From Lingula anatina (taxonomy: Eukaryota > Animalia > Brachiopoda), in assembly GCA_051362555.1 (NCBI GenBank), contig CM120647.1, positions 1,240,001-1,304,000 on the forward strand: 64,000 nt of DNA, written 5' to 3'. Position numbers and translations under genes: made by a program. The notes under the pieces were generated by a model. That model saw only the letters and a list, made by a program, of their open reading frames with translations. It was not told the DNA's origin and searched no databases. Of the stretch, positions 12,401 through 26,100 are shown in pieces (position 1 is the first letter of the stretch; every line of letters starts with the position of its first letter).

Positions 12401-15400
12401 CCCCGTACAGGCAGTCCAGTCCTCTGCCGTACACTGGGAGTGCCTCACAGTCCAGTTGCTTGCCGAACTCTGGAAGAGCTCTGAAGATGGCGGGGCAATT
12501 GCTCTTGAAATCTGAAAGAAAAATGAAAAATGTATATTGAAGTTATCAGTCCGATTTTAAATACTGCAAACATATCGATATAATTTAGCAAGCAACGGAA
12601 TTCCAAAAAAAATTCATCAATAGGTTACTCTCTATCTCAAAGAAGCAATGCCAGTAGACAAAATTCAGTTATATGCATCACTAAATAAATAAATAAATAA
12701 AGAAAGAAAGAAAGAAAGAAAGAAAGAAAAATGAAAGAGTAAATTTATAAATGAAGATATGGCGAGTGACAATCAGGCAGATCCAATGATATGCGAAGTA
12801 ACTGAGAGGGAATCAGAACGTGCAGTGAGATATTTTAAAATATTTAAAAAAATACTGTAACTGTAAAGTGCTGAAAATTTAAAAGTAACAGCGTCCGCCT
12901 ACCTTCGCATACATGTTTGCAAAGCGGCACTGGGAAATTGTTACTGTCACACTTGGGTAGCATAGTCACGCAGGACGCAAACAGCGACCCCTGGTAGCAC
13001 GTGGAGTTCACGTGACTCATGAATGACGGCCAGTCAGCATTCTCCATCAGTTCTCGTTGCTTGTCTGTCGTCACGGACGTTGTTTTGTACGGAATGACAT
13101 CGGAGCACTCCGGGATTATTATGTTGTTTGTGCAGTTAGGGGCGGCAACCACAGTTTCTTTTTCGGCTAAAATACAATACAGAAATATACCAAGACAAGA
13201 AAACAAACAACTTCAAAAAGTGTGACTTCGAGAGACTTCTGGTGGTCAAACGGTTCGATGCATTTAACACAAATCATTTATCATTATCATTTGTCTTTAA
13301 AAGAAAGTTATATAACAAAAATGTTAACTTTACTATGCATTGCAAATGAACAAAGACGCTTAAGCGTCTGTCCCGCCTACGGAAAGCTGTAAGGGGGTAA
13401 TTAACTATGGTGCGGGCTCGGCTGACTGCAATTTAGCGTAAACCCCCAGGGAGTTAGGTCGATCTAAATCTTAATCTCTGGATCGATCTAAACCTCTGGG
13501 AATACACCCACAGACTAGGTAGTCCACTATTCTGAAAAGGGCCTATGTGAACTCAGCTACCCATATTCGGGGGACTTCCCTACCGCCAAAAGTGTAAACA
13601 ATCGACACAAAATATTGTCTTAAATTTTATTCATCCCGGCGCCCTAAAATAATAGTAAATTGTCTAAGTCTGTTGTTTTTTCGATGTGTTCCCACCCCCA
13701 TACACAAAACCCTGGAACCGCCTGTACCCACTTTAAACTGTAGTTACTAATGATGATACTTACGACAGTTAATTTCGTCCGTGCCGTCTGCGCAGTGTTT
13801 GGTGTCGTCACACACGAGTTTCCTGGGAATGCAAGGGCTGCTGGGATACGCAATGCCCAGACCTCCCAGGAGGCACTTGAAATGATCCACTGGACACGTG
13901 ACTGGAAAATACGAAATGGGAGATCAAAATGTCGAACGAAACATGCTAAACTAAATGTAGATAAATAATACATTATCACAGGTCTTTGTCTATTGTCGCA
14001 AAAAAAGACCCACTTTTAAATAGGGTGTTCATGAACAAAGTGACATAACAGGGTCTGACACCGACACCATTGGCACTTTCAAGAAGACAAAAAATCACCA
14101 AAATGTTAAGCAAAACAGTCATGTGCATGATTTTTCATTAACATTATGGTACACGCAACTGATCCGCTAGTGGGGTGTCTCTGTCTGACAAATTAATAAT
14201 ATTTGTATTTATTAAAAAGTTGGATTTTACAATAAAAGCAAATAGACGTGAGATGCACAATCTTAAAATATACTTGTAAGTGTTAAAATGATTCGATACT
14301 TATTAAAAGTTCATAAAAATGTACTAAATGACGACACTTTTAGAAAGTTTAGTTAATAAATATACATGTAATCATATATTTCACATCTGAACAGATATCT
14401 AAGTTACTCTGTCGTTGTTCATGAAGTTTTGCAAAGGCCCGACTACACATTGTCGCAGAGAGAAAATCGAAGAGCAGGAAAGACTGCAGCGAAATAATTC
14501 AAGAATGCGTTAGTTGAGAACGGTTCTACCACAGAATTGCGTTCTTCGTTGGAACTTACCGTTGTGTGGAACGCAGCCAAGTTCGTCCGACCTATCACCG
14601 CAGTCGTTGTATTTGTCGCACGTCCAATCCTTGTTAATACACTTCCCATTCATACAGCGGAACTGGTAAGAGTTACAGGTGTCATTGCAGTTCTGCTCGT
14701 CGCTTCTGTCAGGACAGTCGGCCTCGAGATCACACTGGAATATGATTGGGCGACAGCTCACTCCATCTGCGCATGCGAACTGGCCCTCGACACACTGGAA
14801 GTTTTCTGAAAACATCATTCATATTCGTACATGAAAATTATCAAACACAAGCCGAAAATCTTTCATACCTTTGGCTTACAGCCAACCTGGATGTAGGCCT
14901 TCGTAAGACTAAATATGAGATGTTGTTCCCACGAACCCGTGCATACTCCCGATGACACCAGTAGGTCTATCAATCCTTATACTTTCAGTTTTTAAATTAA
15001 AATTCCTGTAATGGTCTGGAACGAGATCCGGAGGATAAAAACGCACTTTCGGGCTTACGTACAATCGAGCGTAATAACATGATCCCGGACTTTTTTCACT
15101 TAAGTATGGTCGTGGACGGTTACAGTGTTTTTTTTTTTTTGCCTCAAGTCATTCATTTTTCTGTGATGTCAGTCACATGTCAATCACTAGTGTTATGGCA
15201 AACTCCATCTGCACGTTTTGTCAGTTAAAACGATCTACATACATCTGTCTATACGAACAATATTCCTACTTACCGCAGTTTTCCTCGTCTTTGTCCCCCA
15301 GACAGTTGGGGAAGCCGTCACACCGATGGTGCATGGGAATACACTCCGTGGCACTGCACTGGAACTTCTCTGGGGGGCAAACTTCAACACAAACACAACA

Positions 15401-16780
15401 GACATAATAAGGCGGGGACCATTAGTATTTACATGATAATGACATCTATTAAGTTTGATAAAGCGTCTATTTATACCAACGGCTAATCTATTTTTCCTGA
15501 TAATTTCTGATTGTTTTCTACGTTGTTTATAGACAATTTACGTATCTAAATAAACAAATAAATAAATATAAAGGAATTTAATTATAAATAAACAAACGGA
15601 TTATCATGAAGTAAATTATTTTCTTCATTTCTTTTAAATTCATCCTTCAATATATTTATGTTCACGGCGATTAGTCACTTACTCCCAATCGCCCCCAACC
15701 ATCCCCTTCCCTACCCCCACCCCCACTCGTATTACCCCCACCCCAAGGACATTCACTCACCTGCATCTTCTCCCGGCACCTGATAGTGAGTGAAACAGAT
15801 CTCAGAGTCGTTACTGTGAGGAAAGGTATTGCAATCAAACGGCAGCTGGACGTTCAGATAACTCAGGTAATACTGGCAGGAAGAGATAGCGTCTGGATAA
15901 GAGAAAAGACAAGTCATTTATGCACCCTGCGTTAAACCTGATTTTCATGCACTTCTGCAATTAATTCTAACCCATTCTTTCAATGTACGTAAGTGACTTA
16001 CTCTAATGCTTACCATTAATTAATTTAATATGAATGAATATATTGTAATTTACTTAATTTGGATCCTATTTTGATAAAGTGCTCATACTGTAAACATAAC
16101 CTTTCACTTGGGTTTTAAAATCTGCTTAAAACCCAAAAGGTTGTTATCATTATTATTATCATTATTATTATTATTATTATTATTACTATTATTACTAAAG
16201 CATGAAACCATGTAATCAAGTCGCACGACAGTAGTAAATAAATCAATGTTAATTAAGGGATTAACCATCAATGTGTTTAAAACAGTTTCGGTGACATTTC
16301 CTTGTTGTTTTCTCAAAATATACCAATGGTAAAATATACCAAAATACTGAGAATCAATTTTTATCGGTTAAGACTATTAGCATTTAGAGGTACAAAGTCT
16401 CAAATTCAGGAAATAAAGATTAAATATTGCTTTCTCGGAGAAAAGCGCGGTTTACACAAGGAAAATCCGTTAAATATGAATTTTTTGGGGAGAATCGTAC
16501 ACCTAAAGTTTCTGCTCACCTGCGCACATCTGCCTACACGGCGGTACACGTGCACCTGTTGTATTACACTGCGGAGTCAGCACAGCGCACGCAAATTCCT
16601 TGAAGTGACTGTAACACTTAAAGTTGGCAGCAATTTGGGAGAACAGGTTCAGCGTCTCTGTGGCCTGCGTCTGGAAATAAACATTACGTTTAAATCGTGA
16701 TAATAAATGAATAATGTACTGAAGGTTCATTTATTTATTAATATAATTAGAATGTCAGGTTCTTTTGATAAATCTTTTGA

Positions 16781-16821
<41 letters not shown>

Positions 16822-18091
16822 CCAGTTCTTGTCTCCCTTTCGTATATAACTGCCGTTCAAACAAGCTGCCTTCAACACTGTGTGTGAACAGCAGCGTGTA
16901 GGCCTACAAAAAATAAGTCAAAAGTCTATCCCATGAGACACGCAGCGGTCAACTGTCAGCCCAGTTCATATGGACTGAAAGTGAATAGGCTACGATCATG
17001 TGGACTCTTTTCCCCCCTCCCCCCCCAGACAAACATTACACCCCCGCCTCACCTGGCTCCAGTGTCCCACATAATCCCTGCCTCCCACCTCAGACAAACA
17101 TTACACCCCGCCTCACCTGGCTCCAGTGTCCCACATAATCCCTGCCCCCCCCCCCCACCCCCCATACAAACATTATACCCCCGCCTCACCTGGCTCCAGT
17201 GTCCCATATAGTTGGGGAAGGCAGCGGTGTCGTAGCCCATGTCCTTGCAGTAGTCCAAGGTGATCTGTTCACACGTGACCATCTGAGACGTGGGCGTGGC
17301 CGACGGAGCTACAGAGACATTGACGGGGGTCAGACTGCTATCAATTGCCATGCTCAACTCGAAATATCTTTTCATTTATGTCAGATGAATCATCTGTAAT
17401 GTTGTTTTAGCGGTGTCTCCATTCCTATTCTTTTAATTACTTTTCAATTAAATTGTGCACTACTGCATTTAAAGATCGTAGGTCTACATTCCCACAAAAA
17501 CTAAAAAAGGGCACATTTGTAGGAAGAAGTAAATTTACAAAGCACAGTGTTGCAAAAAAAGTCTTCTATTCTATTCTGCGACAGTGGAAATTATGTTCTA
17601 TTAAATTGCAAACAAAATTCTAATAAAAATAAACATAAGGAACCAGCAAATATCAAATGCATGAAGTCGAAAGCCAACAATGTTTTAACAGTTAAAAGTT
17701 TAAAACGAACATCGAATTCAAGCAAAATGGTTTTATGTAAACTGTCGTTAAAAGCACGCACCTGTCGGCGGTAGTGACGGGGCGACCTCTGGTTGTACAC
17801 AGGTGGGGTTGTTCTGGTCCAAGACAGGCCACGAATCACACGCCATCGTCTGCGACACCTGGGGGAAGCGGGTCAGGAAAGTCGAGCAGTTCGCCTTGAA
17901 ATCTGAATTTGGACCAATCAACGTGAATACACTCAATGCATATTGCATATCTTTTTGCAATGTACATATGCAAAATACTTTAATATCAAATTTGTAATTT
18001 TTTTTATATGTGGTTCACTAATAAACAAATCATGGACAAAGCCGATGACAACATATCTTGATTCACACAACCCAAAAATAATAATCAATCA

Positions 18092-18127
<36 letters not shown>

Positions 18128-21100
18128 TGGCTGTGTCTCTACCTTGACATATATGGCGGCAAGGGAACACGGTAGGCATGGCGGGTGTACACATCGGCAC
18201 CATGGTGCTACAGAGGAAGAACAGGCCGTGTTCACTGCACTGTTCAGCCAGGGCCTTCATCTCCGTCCAACTACTGGCTACTACCAGATACTCCTGCAGG
18301 GAGGCCGCGGCCGCTGTGGCGTTGTACGGTAATATGGCGGCACACTCTGGGATTGTCAACGGGTTGCATTGGATTCTGGAACACAACATATGTGTCTTTA
18401 CAGGAGTTTGTAGCTGAATATGTACCAGTTTATTCTTGTGTTTCACAGGGAATTACATGGCAATGTAGAGGCGGAACGAGAGACGCTCTGTCCCATGCAT
18501 GTCTGATTTCTTATAATTGTCCAAAGACGGTTCAGTTTAAAAGAAGAGTCACGTTTCGTGTTTTTCGTGTGTACATCTTAACTTGATCGTGGCAAAATGC
18601 TACCATGTGCAATGTTACTCAACGTATTGTACAAAACCTAATTCCTTTCGGGGCATTGCTTCCATGATGGTACGACCAATATCTGGCCGTTAGTGAGAGA
18701 AAATATCTCTAAGTAATTCGAATATGGTCGTTTTTTTTCAAGAAAATAAGGCCTAATTCTCCTCTGAACAAGTCGTACATGAGCAAAATCTATAGACATA
18801 TATTCAGAAGGCTCCACCTACCCGGGAAGCTGTGAGCCGCCCCCTGCTGTGCCGCCTCTTCCTGCTGTAAAAAGATATCGAATTTTATGTTATTATGTTA
18901 TTCATGAAGAAAATGTGTAATGATATTAATGTTTGGAAGTGTGTGTGTTTGGGTGAGAGAGAGAAAGAGAGAGAGAATGAATATACTGTAAAAAAGAAAT
19001 TTTACGTAAAGTAAATTTATCCTATCTAAAATTTGTGACACATTTGCTTTGAACACTTTTCTGAAAAGATAAAAAAGTCACATGTCATGATAGTTTAATC
19101 TTCTTACAGTATATTGTACATTACCACAAAAGGTAGCGTCCTCGTCAGAGCCGTCACTACAGTCAACAGAGCCGTCGCACAGCCACGCCTCCTGTATACA
19201 CGACTCTCTCGCTGGGAGGCGCCACCTGCTGAACCCACCCTTGCTACATGGGACCTGATGACCGCTACACTGGCCTAAAATGATGGAGGTATTATTTCAA
19301 TGTGTTTGTGTATAATTGAAATGAGACCGTATATACCTACATTGTACTTAACTTTCAGAACAGGAAATGTATCGTTCGGTCTAAAATGTCAAGGTATTGG
19401 CTTTGTTTGAAAAACGTGATTTTGGCTATTGAAACCCATATATATTCCACTTTGTTGAACATTTCATTATTGTGTGTCAATTTTTTGTAATACTCAGTTG
19501 TAAATCAGTGAGTTGGTCCTGCTGGGATTTATTCTAACGCGAATCAGTTGAAATTTTTTATCTTTATTTTAGAAGAGTAACCATTAATATTATCAAAGAT
19601 ATAACACAGACATTCGTTTAGAAACCGTTCTTACTTTGTTCTGTACAATTGTACTCGTCCGAGAAGTCGCCGCAGTCGTTCTCGCCGTCACAGGCCCACG
19701 CCTTGTTCCTACACAGGCCGTTATCACACCGCACCTGTGTCGGGTTACACGTGTCACACGAAATCTCGTCACTGGCGTCGCCACAATCGTCACTCCCATC
19801 ACACTCCCAAACCAAAGGCAGGCAGTTGCCATTGCTGCACTCAAATTGCCCCTCGATGCATTCGTAGTTGGCTAAAAAACACGTTATCAACTCTTTGATT
19901 ATTGTGTAGTTAAGTTTATGGGCATTTAACCTTTAAAGGATTTAATGCACACCCAGGCTGCTCATTAATGCGGGCACCAACAAAACTAACAAGTTATCAC
20001 CGCCTTCAAGTGCCCATTGAACCAATACCAGTCTTCTAATATCGCATTTGAAGCTTCACAGATGATATGGAATAAGACGTAAAGCATCTAGCATCATTTC
20101 TACACGGACGCGAAAACGAGGCTATCTTCAATAACCACTATTACCCCAGCGCCCTCTTTAGGACAAACGGCTCCGCGTATAGCCCCATTGAACATTTTAA
20201 TGTGGATCGCAATGTCCTTGTTAAGGGTAATATTTTTATTTGATTGGAATAGATAATATAAGTGTGAATACATGTTTGGGTGAGATATCTAAATTTGGCT
20301 AATTGATGGTATTTTGTCCTAGCAAACCTGTCATCAGCTGGTGTTATAAATTCAAAGTGACAATAATTTCTTTCAACAACTGCATTTGCTCTTCCCGATC
20401 TCAGTGCATCATATTGGATATGCTAAATATCAAAATACAATTAATTCTTAATCTGGCTGTTATATTAAGAAACTATTATTGTCATCTCCAGGCTATAACT
20501 CCACTTACTGCATTGGCTTTCGTCCTGAAAATTACTGCAATCGTTGAAATTGTCACATTTGTCGATCAGGTCGTAGCATTCACCGTTCCCACAATGCAGT
20601 TGACCTGGGCTGCAAGCTTCATTGAGAAATAACAGAGTACATCATCACTACTATTAGTAGAAGTATTATTAATTATTTCCATCAAACGAGCAAACAACAA
20701 AAAGTACTTAGCGTGTGATTATATATTAGAAAACAATTATACAAAGCGTTTAAAAATTAGAACACAAATTAAGACACGGGCAACTGAGGATTTTTTCTAG
20801 GGTCGCGATATTATTTTTCAGAATTGTCAATGAATCGGTTTTCAACATGCAGCACAACTTGAGGACGGCGTTACAGCTAAGCCATAACTTATTGTGCATC
20901 TCTGCCCGAACACGACAGTGTCTTGGGAAATTTTAATTTGAGATAAGAGTAAATACTTACTTGGCGGCACGCAGACTGAGGGGTCGGTTCCTCCTGGTAG
21001 CTGGTCACACGTGACCGGAAGTTGAATGTTAAATCTTTGTAACTCTGCAGCGCAATCTGTGGTAACCTCTGGATTGGAGAAAATTTACGAAATGAAATTG

Positions 21101-23138
21101 AATATATTTTACCAGATGGTTATCATAAGTAAAGTCTACATCCATTTCTGGACGCAATACTACATGTCTGTTCGATGAGAACATTTTAACACAATTTAAC
21201 ATATCTACATTTTATTATTTTGAATATATTAAAAAATCTTCTGACAAATATTTTAACTACGGTCAAAAATCCACAAAAAGGAAAACACGTTCCAAAACAA
21301 AGAAAAAAAGTAGATTTTCAGTGGTTCGTTCTTTGCATATTAAAACTTCTTCACATATGAAAAAAGGACGTATATCTCAGATAGATAAATCCTGCAAATA
21401 TCTCAGGCTTACTGGATTTCGAATCCCCCACCAGAATATGGAGGTCTTATTTTAAATACGAAACTGAAATGGGCAGGTAATTTCGTACCTTCACAGAGCT
21501 GTCTACAGGGCGGGATTCTCTTGACGACATCAGCGCCACCACACTTAGGAGCCAGTAAGGCGCATGCGTATAATCTGGCATCCGGTGAGCAAGTTATGTT
21601 CATCCGTTTGATATCTTGCACGAGAAGTGACGCGGACATTTCAGACTGAAATCGGGATTAAGACCATTAAACACTCGACATTAAAGGGATAATATTTTTT
21701 CTTTTTAGACATTGAAATGAATTTTTCTGGAGTAAAACAACAATTTTCCCATACTTACCAATGGTTAACGAATCCAATTCTACATTCAAATTTAGTCCCT
21801 GTTTTTTTTTTTTTTTTTTTTCTAAAAAGTTTGTTTTCTTTTGTTATAATCTCTTAAGTGATTATTACAGAGTATAGCCATCTATGGAGGTCACGATACA
21901 AGCTCAGATATCTGAATAATAGCTATAATTGTCGTTTTGTAGTAAAACAGAATATATTATAATTCTATGAGTTGTTTATAATGTATTTGTTGTGAAATAT
22001 AGATCTCATACGAAGAGTTATTATCCCTTTACACACAAAGCGAGTTCATAATATGTATATTTGCACGTGTACGCAGTAATATGATGCATTTTGACAGAAA
22101 AAGGGAAATATCGATGAAACCTTGAAACCTGCAATTTTTCAATTAAAATGTGCTCCTCCTGATATGACATTAATAATCGTTATTTAATATTTAATTATAT
22201 ATTTAAACTATACACATAAAAATATGTATAAAGCTATGACTACACATACGTAATTTGGCGTAAACTGTTGTGTGATTTACAGTACACTCATTCAAGTTTA
22301 GAATAATTTAGGCGGCTTTTACTCGTACCATCAAAGGTACGTATTTAAGCTATAAACTGACACTATAATAGTATAAGTGATTGCTTTCACTTTATATCCT
22401 GAACCAATCATTTCACACTTTTTTGTTCACAGAATGATAAAATGTTACATAGTATAAACAACTGTACCTGTCGAGTGTTTCCAGCGAAATTAGGGAAGGT
22501 AGTGTAGCCATACAGGCCATAGCATAGTGGTTCCGCTATGTTCTCACACTGATAACCGGCTGTCGTCTGTACTGGCGGGTTAGTTGTAGTGCTGGCAGTG
22601 CTTGGAGGAACAGTGGCCGGGGCTGATGGTCTCTGGACTGAGGTATCATGGGTTACTGAACCAGGAGCCGACGTTATCCCTTGAAAAATTAATAAAACTG
22701 GTGTAAACTCATAAGAACAGCTTCAAGGAGTTTCAAACAAGCATCGACGACGTATTACAGACGGCGGTGAGTTACATCAACCATATAGCCCCATGGTAAC
22801 TTTTACTGATATCCCTGACCTTTGAATTCAATACTTTATGATCTGCTACAAGTCTCTACATATGTGAAGGGCTTATAATAGTTTGTTTGATTAATTATGT
22901 TTTCAGCTGCAATGTGCAGTATAATGTGTCAAAATGCCACTGCATAGGCAGATCCATGGGATGTCCTTTTTGTTAAAATAATACAGCGGATTCAGCCGCC
23001 CCTCCCTTAAAGTGTGTAAGTGTGTAAGTGGGGAGGGGGGGTTGATTGAATAACCCCTTATCTTTGAAATTGTGTAGTAATGTTTTATGCCTGGCTGCCT
23101 TATGTTATTGCCAAAGTTTTGAAGGTATCCCACGCCTC

Positions 23139-23177
<39 letters not shown>

Positions 23178-26100
23178 TTTTTGGTGTTACCACATTTTTA
23201 TAAAAGGCTATGGTGCCCTCCCAACTTACCTTCTTGAAGCTTTAAACTATCCGTATCAATTTCGAAGACGCCAAAGCTGGTTTTCCCGTCTGTCGTTGTG
23301 ACGGCTTCTTCTAGAACTTTGAACACGTCACCAATAGATTTCCCGTTACCGCCACCAGGTGTCTCTGATGTCGATATGTCCTTGTGGAATATTAATGTGA
23401 AGTCAATCGTCACACTACCCTCACTGAAATGTAAATAAAACGTTATTTTTGTCTATCAAAAGTTTGTCATTATGTACAAGTATGCTGTCGCTGTTAAAAA
23501 GAAAAAAAAAACTGTTTGATTCTTCATTTTTGTACTAGTCTCTGTTTCATAAATATGCACGTATTCGCACCTTGGTATCTATAACGAAGTCAAATTAAAA
23601 CCATTTTAGAGAGGATGGCAGAATTTAAATTGAAAAAAAAATTAAAAATAAAGTTCAGTTCCTCTATATCACATTACGTATATGCGTCTCAGTTCAGTTT
23701 ATAATGGACGCCTGGTTATTTTGGGTAACGATATAGACTGGGTGTTGACGCTTTCGCCTCCCTGGGGAGGATACAGTGTCTGAAAACTGAGTCTTCATTT
23801 ATTTATTTTTTTCTCATTTTTTTTTTTTTTTGACGAAAGAAACTACCGTGTGGGTTTAGTAAAACAATATTATGTACGGAGCAACTTCTTGCCAAGGCGA
23901 TTTATAATCCGCTAATTAATCCGGATCACAACTACTTTTTGTTGAATTTCCCTGTCCTGGAAAAGACTGCTGATTTCGGTTAAGAATTAAACAAACAATG
24001 CAAATAGTCTGAAGGCTAAAACAAACAAATTGAAACATTACATATACATACCTGAAACCATTAACTACCGATCTGTCGAATGACGTCACGAACTCACTGT
24101 TTTTCATGACGTTATCAATCTAGAATGTGACGTGTTAAGACATGACGAATTTGTTCAGTGGTGGGGGGGGGGGGCAGTTTGATTAATTATGTTTGTAAAG
24201 GTAATGCACTGCCACTGTGAATTTCAGCTAACATGTAACAAATTAATCGATGTGATATTACTTGCTTTATGATACATTTTTCATATAAAATTCATTCTTT
24301 AGATATAGAAATGCGTCTGCACTTTAAGGTTTACACTTAAGAAGATTTGACGTTGTCTTAACCTAAATGGCAGTATTCACGATAACATTAGACTTAAGGA
24401 ATTCAGCTGATAAAAATGTTCCAAGGAGATGACGTAAAGCTGTTGATGTCTACGTCTTAAACGTGCAAGACACTTGTTTTTTTTTTTACCTCTGTCTCGA
24501 AAACACCGGAATAAGCTCTATACCGCTGCGAGTCAGTATCTTCTAAGTCACTGCTATACGTCCCGTACTCGCCTCCAACAACCTTCATACTTCCCGCAAC
24601 TTCTCGCGTAGTACGAGACTGGGTTGAAGCCGATTTCGAGGCTTCGTCCTTTTTGCCTCCCCCAGCTGAATTTACCAAATAGAAATAATCTTAAAAATAC
24701 GTAGAATCATTATTTTCTTCAACTTGCATTTATATTGATTACTTACTGGTACTGAGGTAGAGTTCAGATAAAGACCACAAATAGATTTTAAAACAAGATT
24801 ACAGATAATTACTTAATTCAAGATTGGGTTGTTATTACTGAATAATTCTATTTCTATTTTTATTTCTCTCTCTCTCTCTTTTGCGAGACACCTGCAGGGT
24901 AGTTTAGAAATGGGATGATATGTACTGGATACTCACATGACATGAAGGCAATAACCCCTATGATAGCAACGACGACAAGTACCCCAACGACCAAAATGGC
25001 GACCAGCATCAATTTTCGTTTTCTTGGCTGTGCGTCTGATTTCGCTGATTTTCCGTAGGCAGCTTTGAAACTCTCTCCCCTTTCGACAAATATAGGACTA
25101 GGCAAGGAAGTTTCCGTGACCTCGTTACTTTTCTCAAGGTCATTCGAATCGGTGTCTTCCGCCAGTTCAAAGCCGGGGTTGTCATAATGCTGGATCTGGA
25201 AGTTGACAAAAAAAGGACTTTATTTGTGAAACTTACATGTAAAGGTATTTTTCGCTGGATGTTTTTCGCCAAAATGAATTATTTTTGGGGGAGAAAGAAC
25301 ACTTTTCTGGGCCTAAAAGTTGTTAAAAACAGACCCACGTCATGTGACTTGGGACTGGATTCGCACTCGAGAAAACCTCCATAACAATGATAAACAAGCA
25401 TGCTTTGAAAAGGGAAATTTATATGTATGATTTATTTATTTATTTATCTATATTACCACCTTTTAAAGATGAATGAAAAAAATAGTAAGGATGGGATTGG
25501 ATAAAATGAAATGAATAAAAATTACACTATGTATGTAGAAGACTGTTAAAAAGATTTTACAAGTAGTTCCACAAGCATGTACCTGTATTCCTTAGATTTC
25601 TGAGAATTACATCAAGACTTTTAAGTTAAAACTCTAAAGAAACATTTACAATAATACAAACTGAAACAAAGAATGGAATCACAAAATTTCCATCACTCGA
25701 CAAAGGTTGAAATAATAAATGTTGCATCACTACATATATTCTAAACCTGTATCGTCACCCTGTAAGTATCCAATAATTAGGGCTAAAAGAAGACAATATT
25801 TCCCGGGTTTCTCACCTCAAAAGACAGAAGTCCTGTTGCTTGTCATATTATGATTTCAAAGTACAGTAAAAACAAAACAAGGCAAAAAATGTGAGAATCA
25901 TTTCATTTATTTATTACCTTGGTCTCTTGAGTACCATCAGTCTAGTACTGGTACAAATGTTACAACGACTATAGTTACAACAACTATAGGGTTATTACAA
26001 AGAATAATTATAATAGTAATAATCGCAATCATAATCATCATAACAATAATAATAGTACCTGTAGTAAATTAAATACATGAGTACTTAAATAAATAAACTA

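Noticed and set aside
25745-25850. Candidate first exons of the Fz/LDLa gene near 25.8k
   Set aside because: Donor-like sites exist, but in-frame stops precede them; 29562-29512 fits better.
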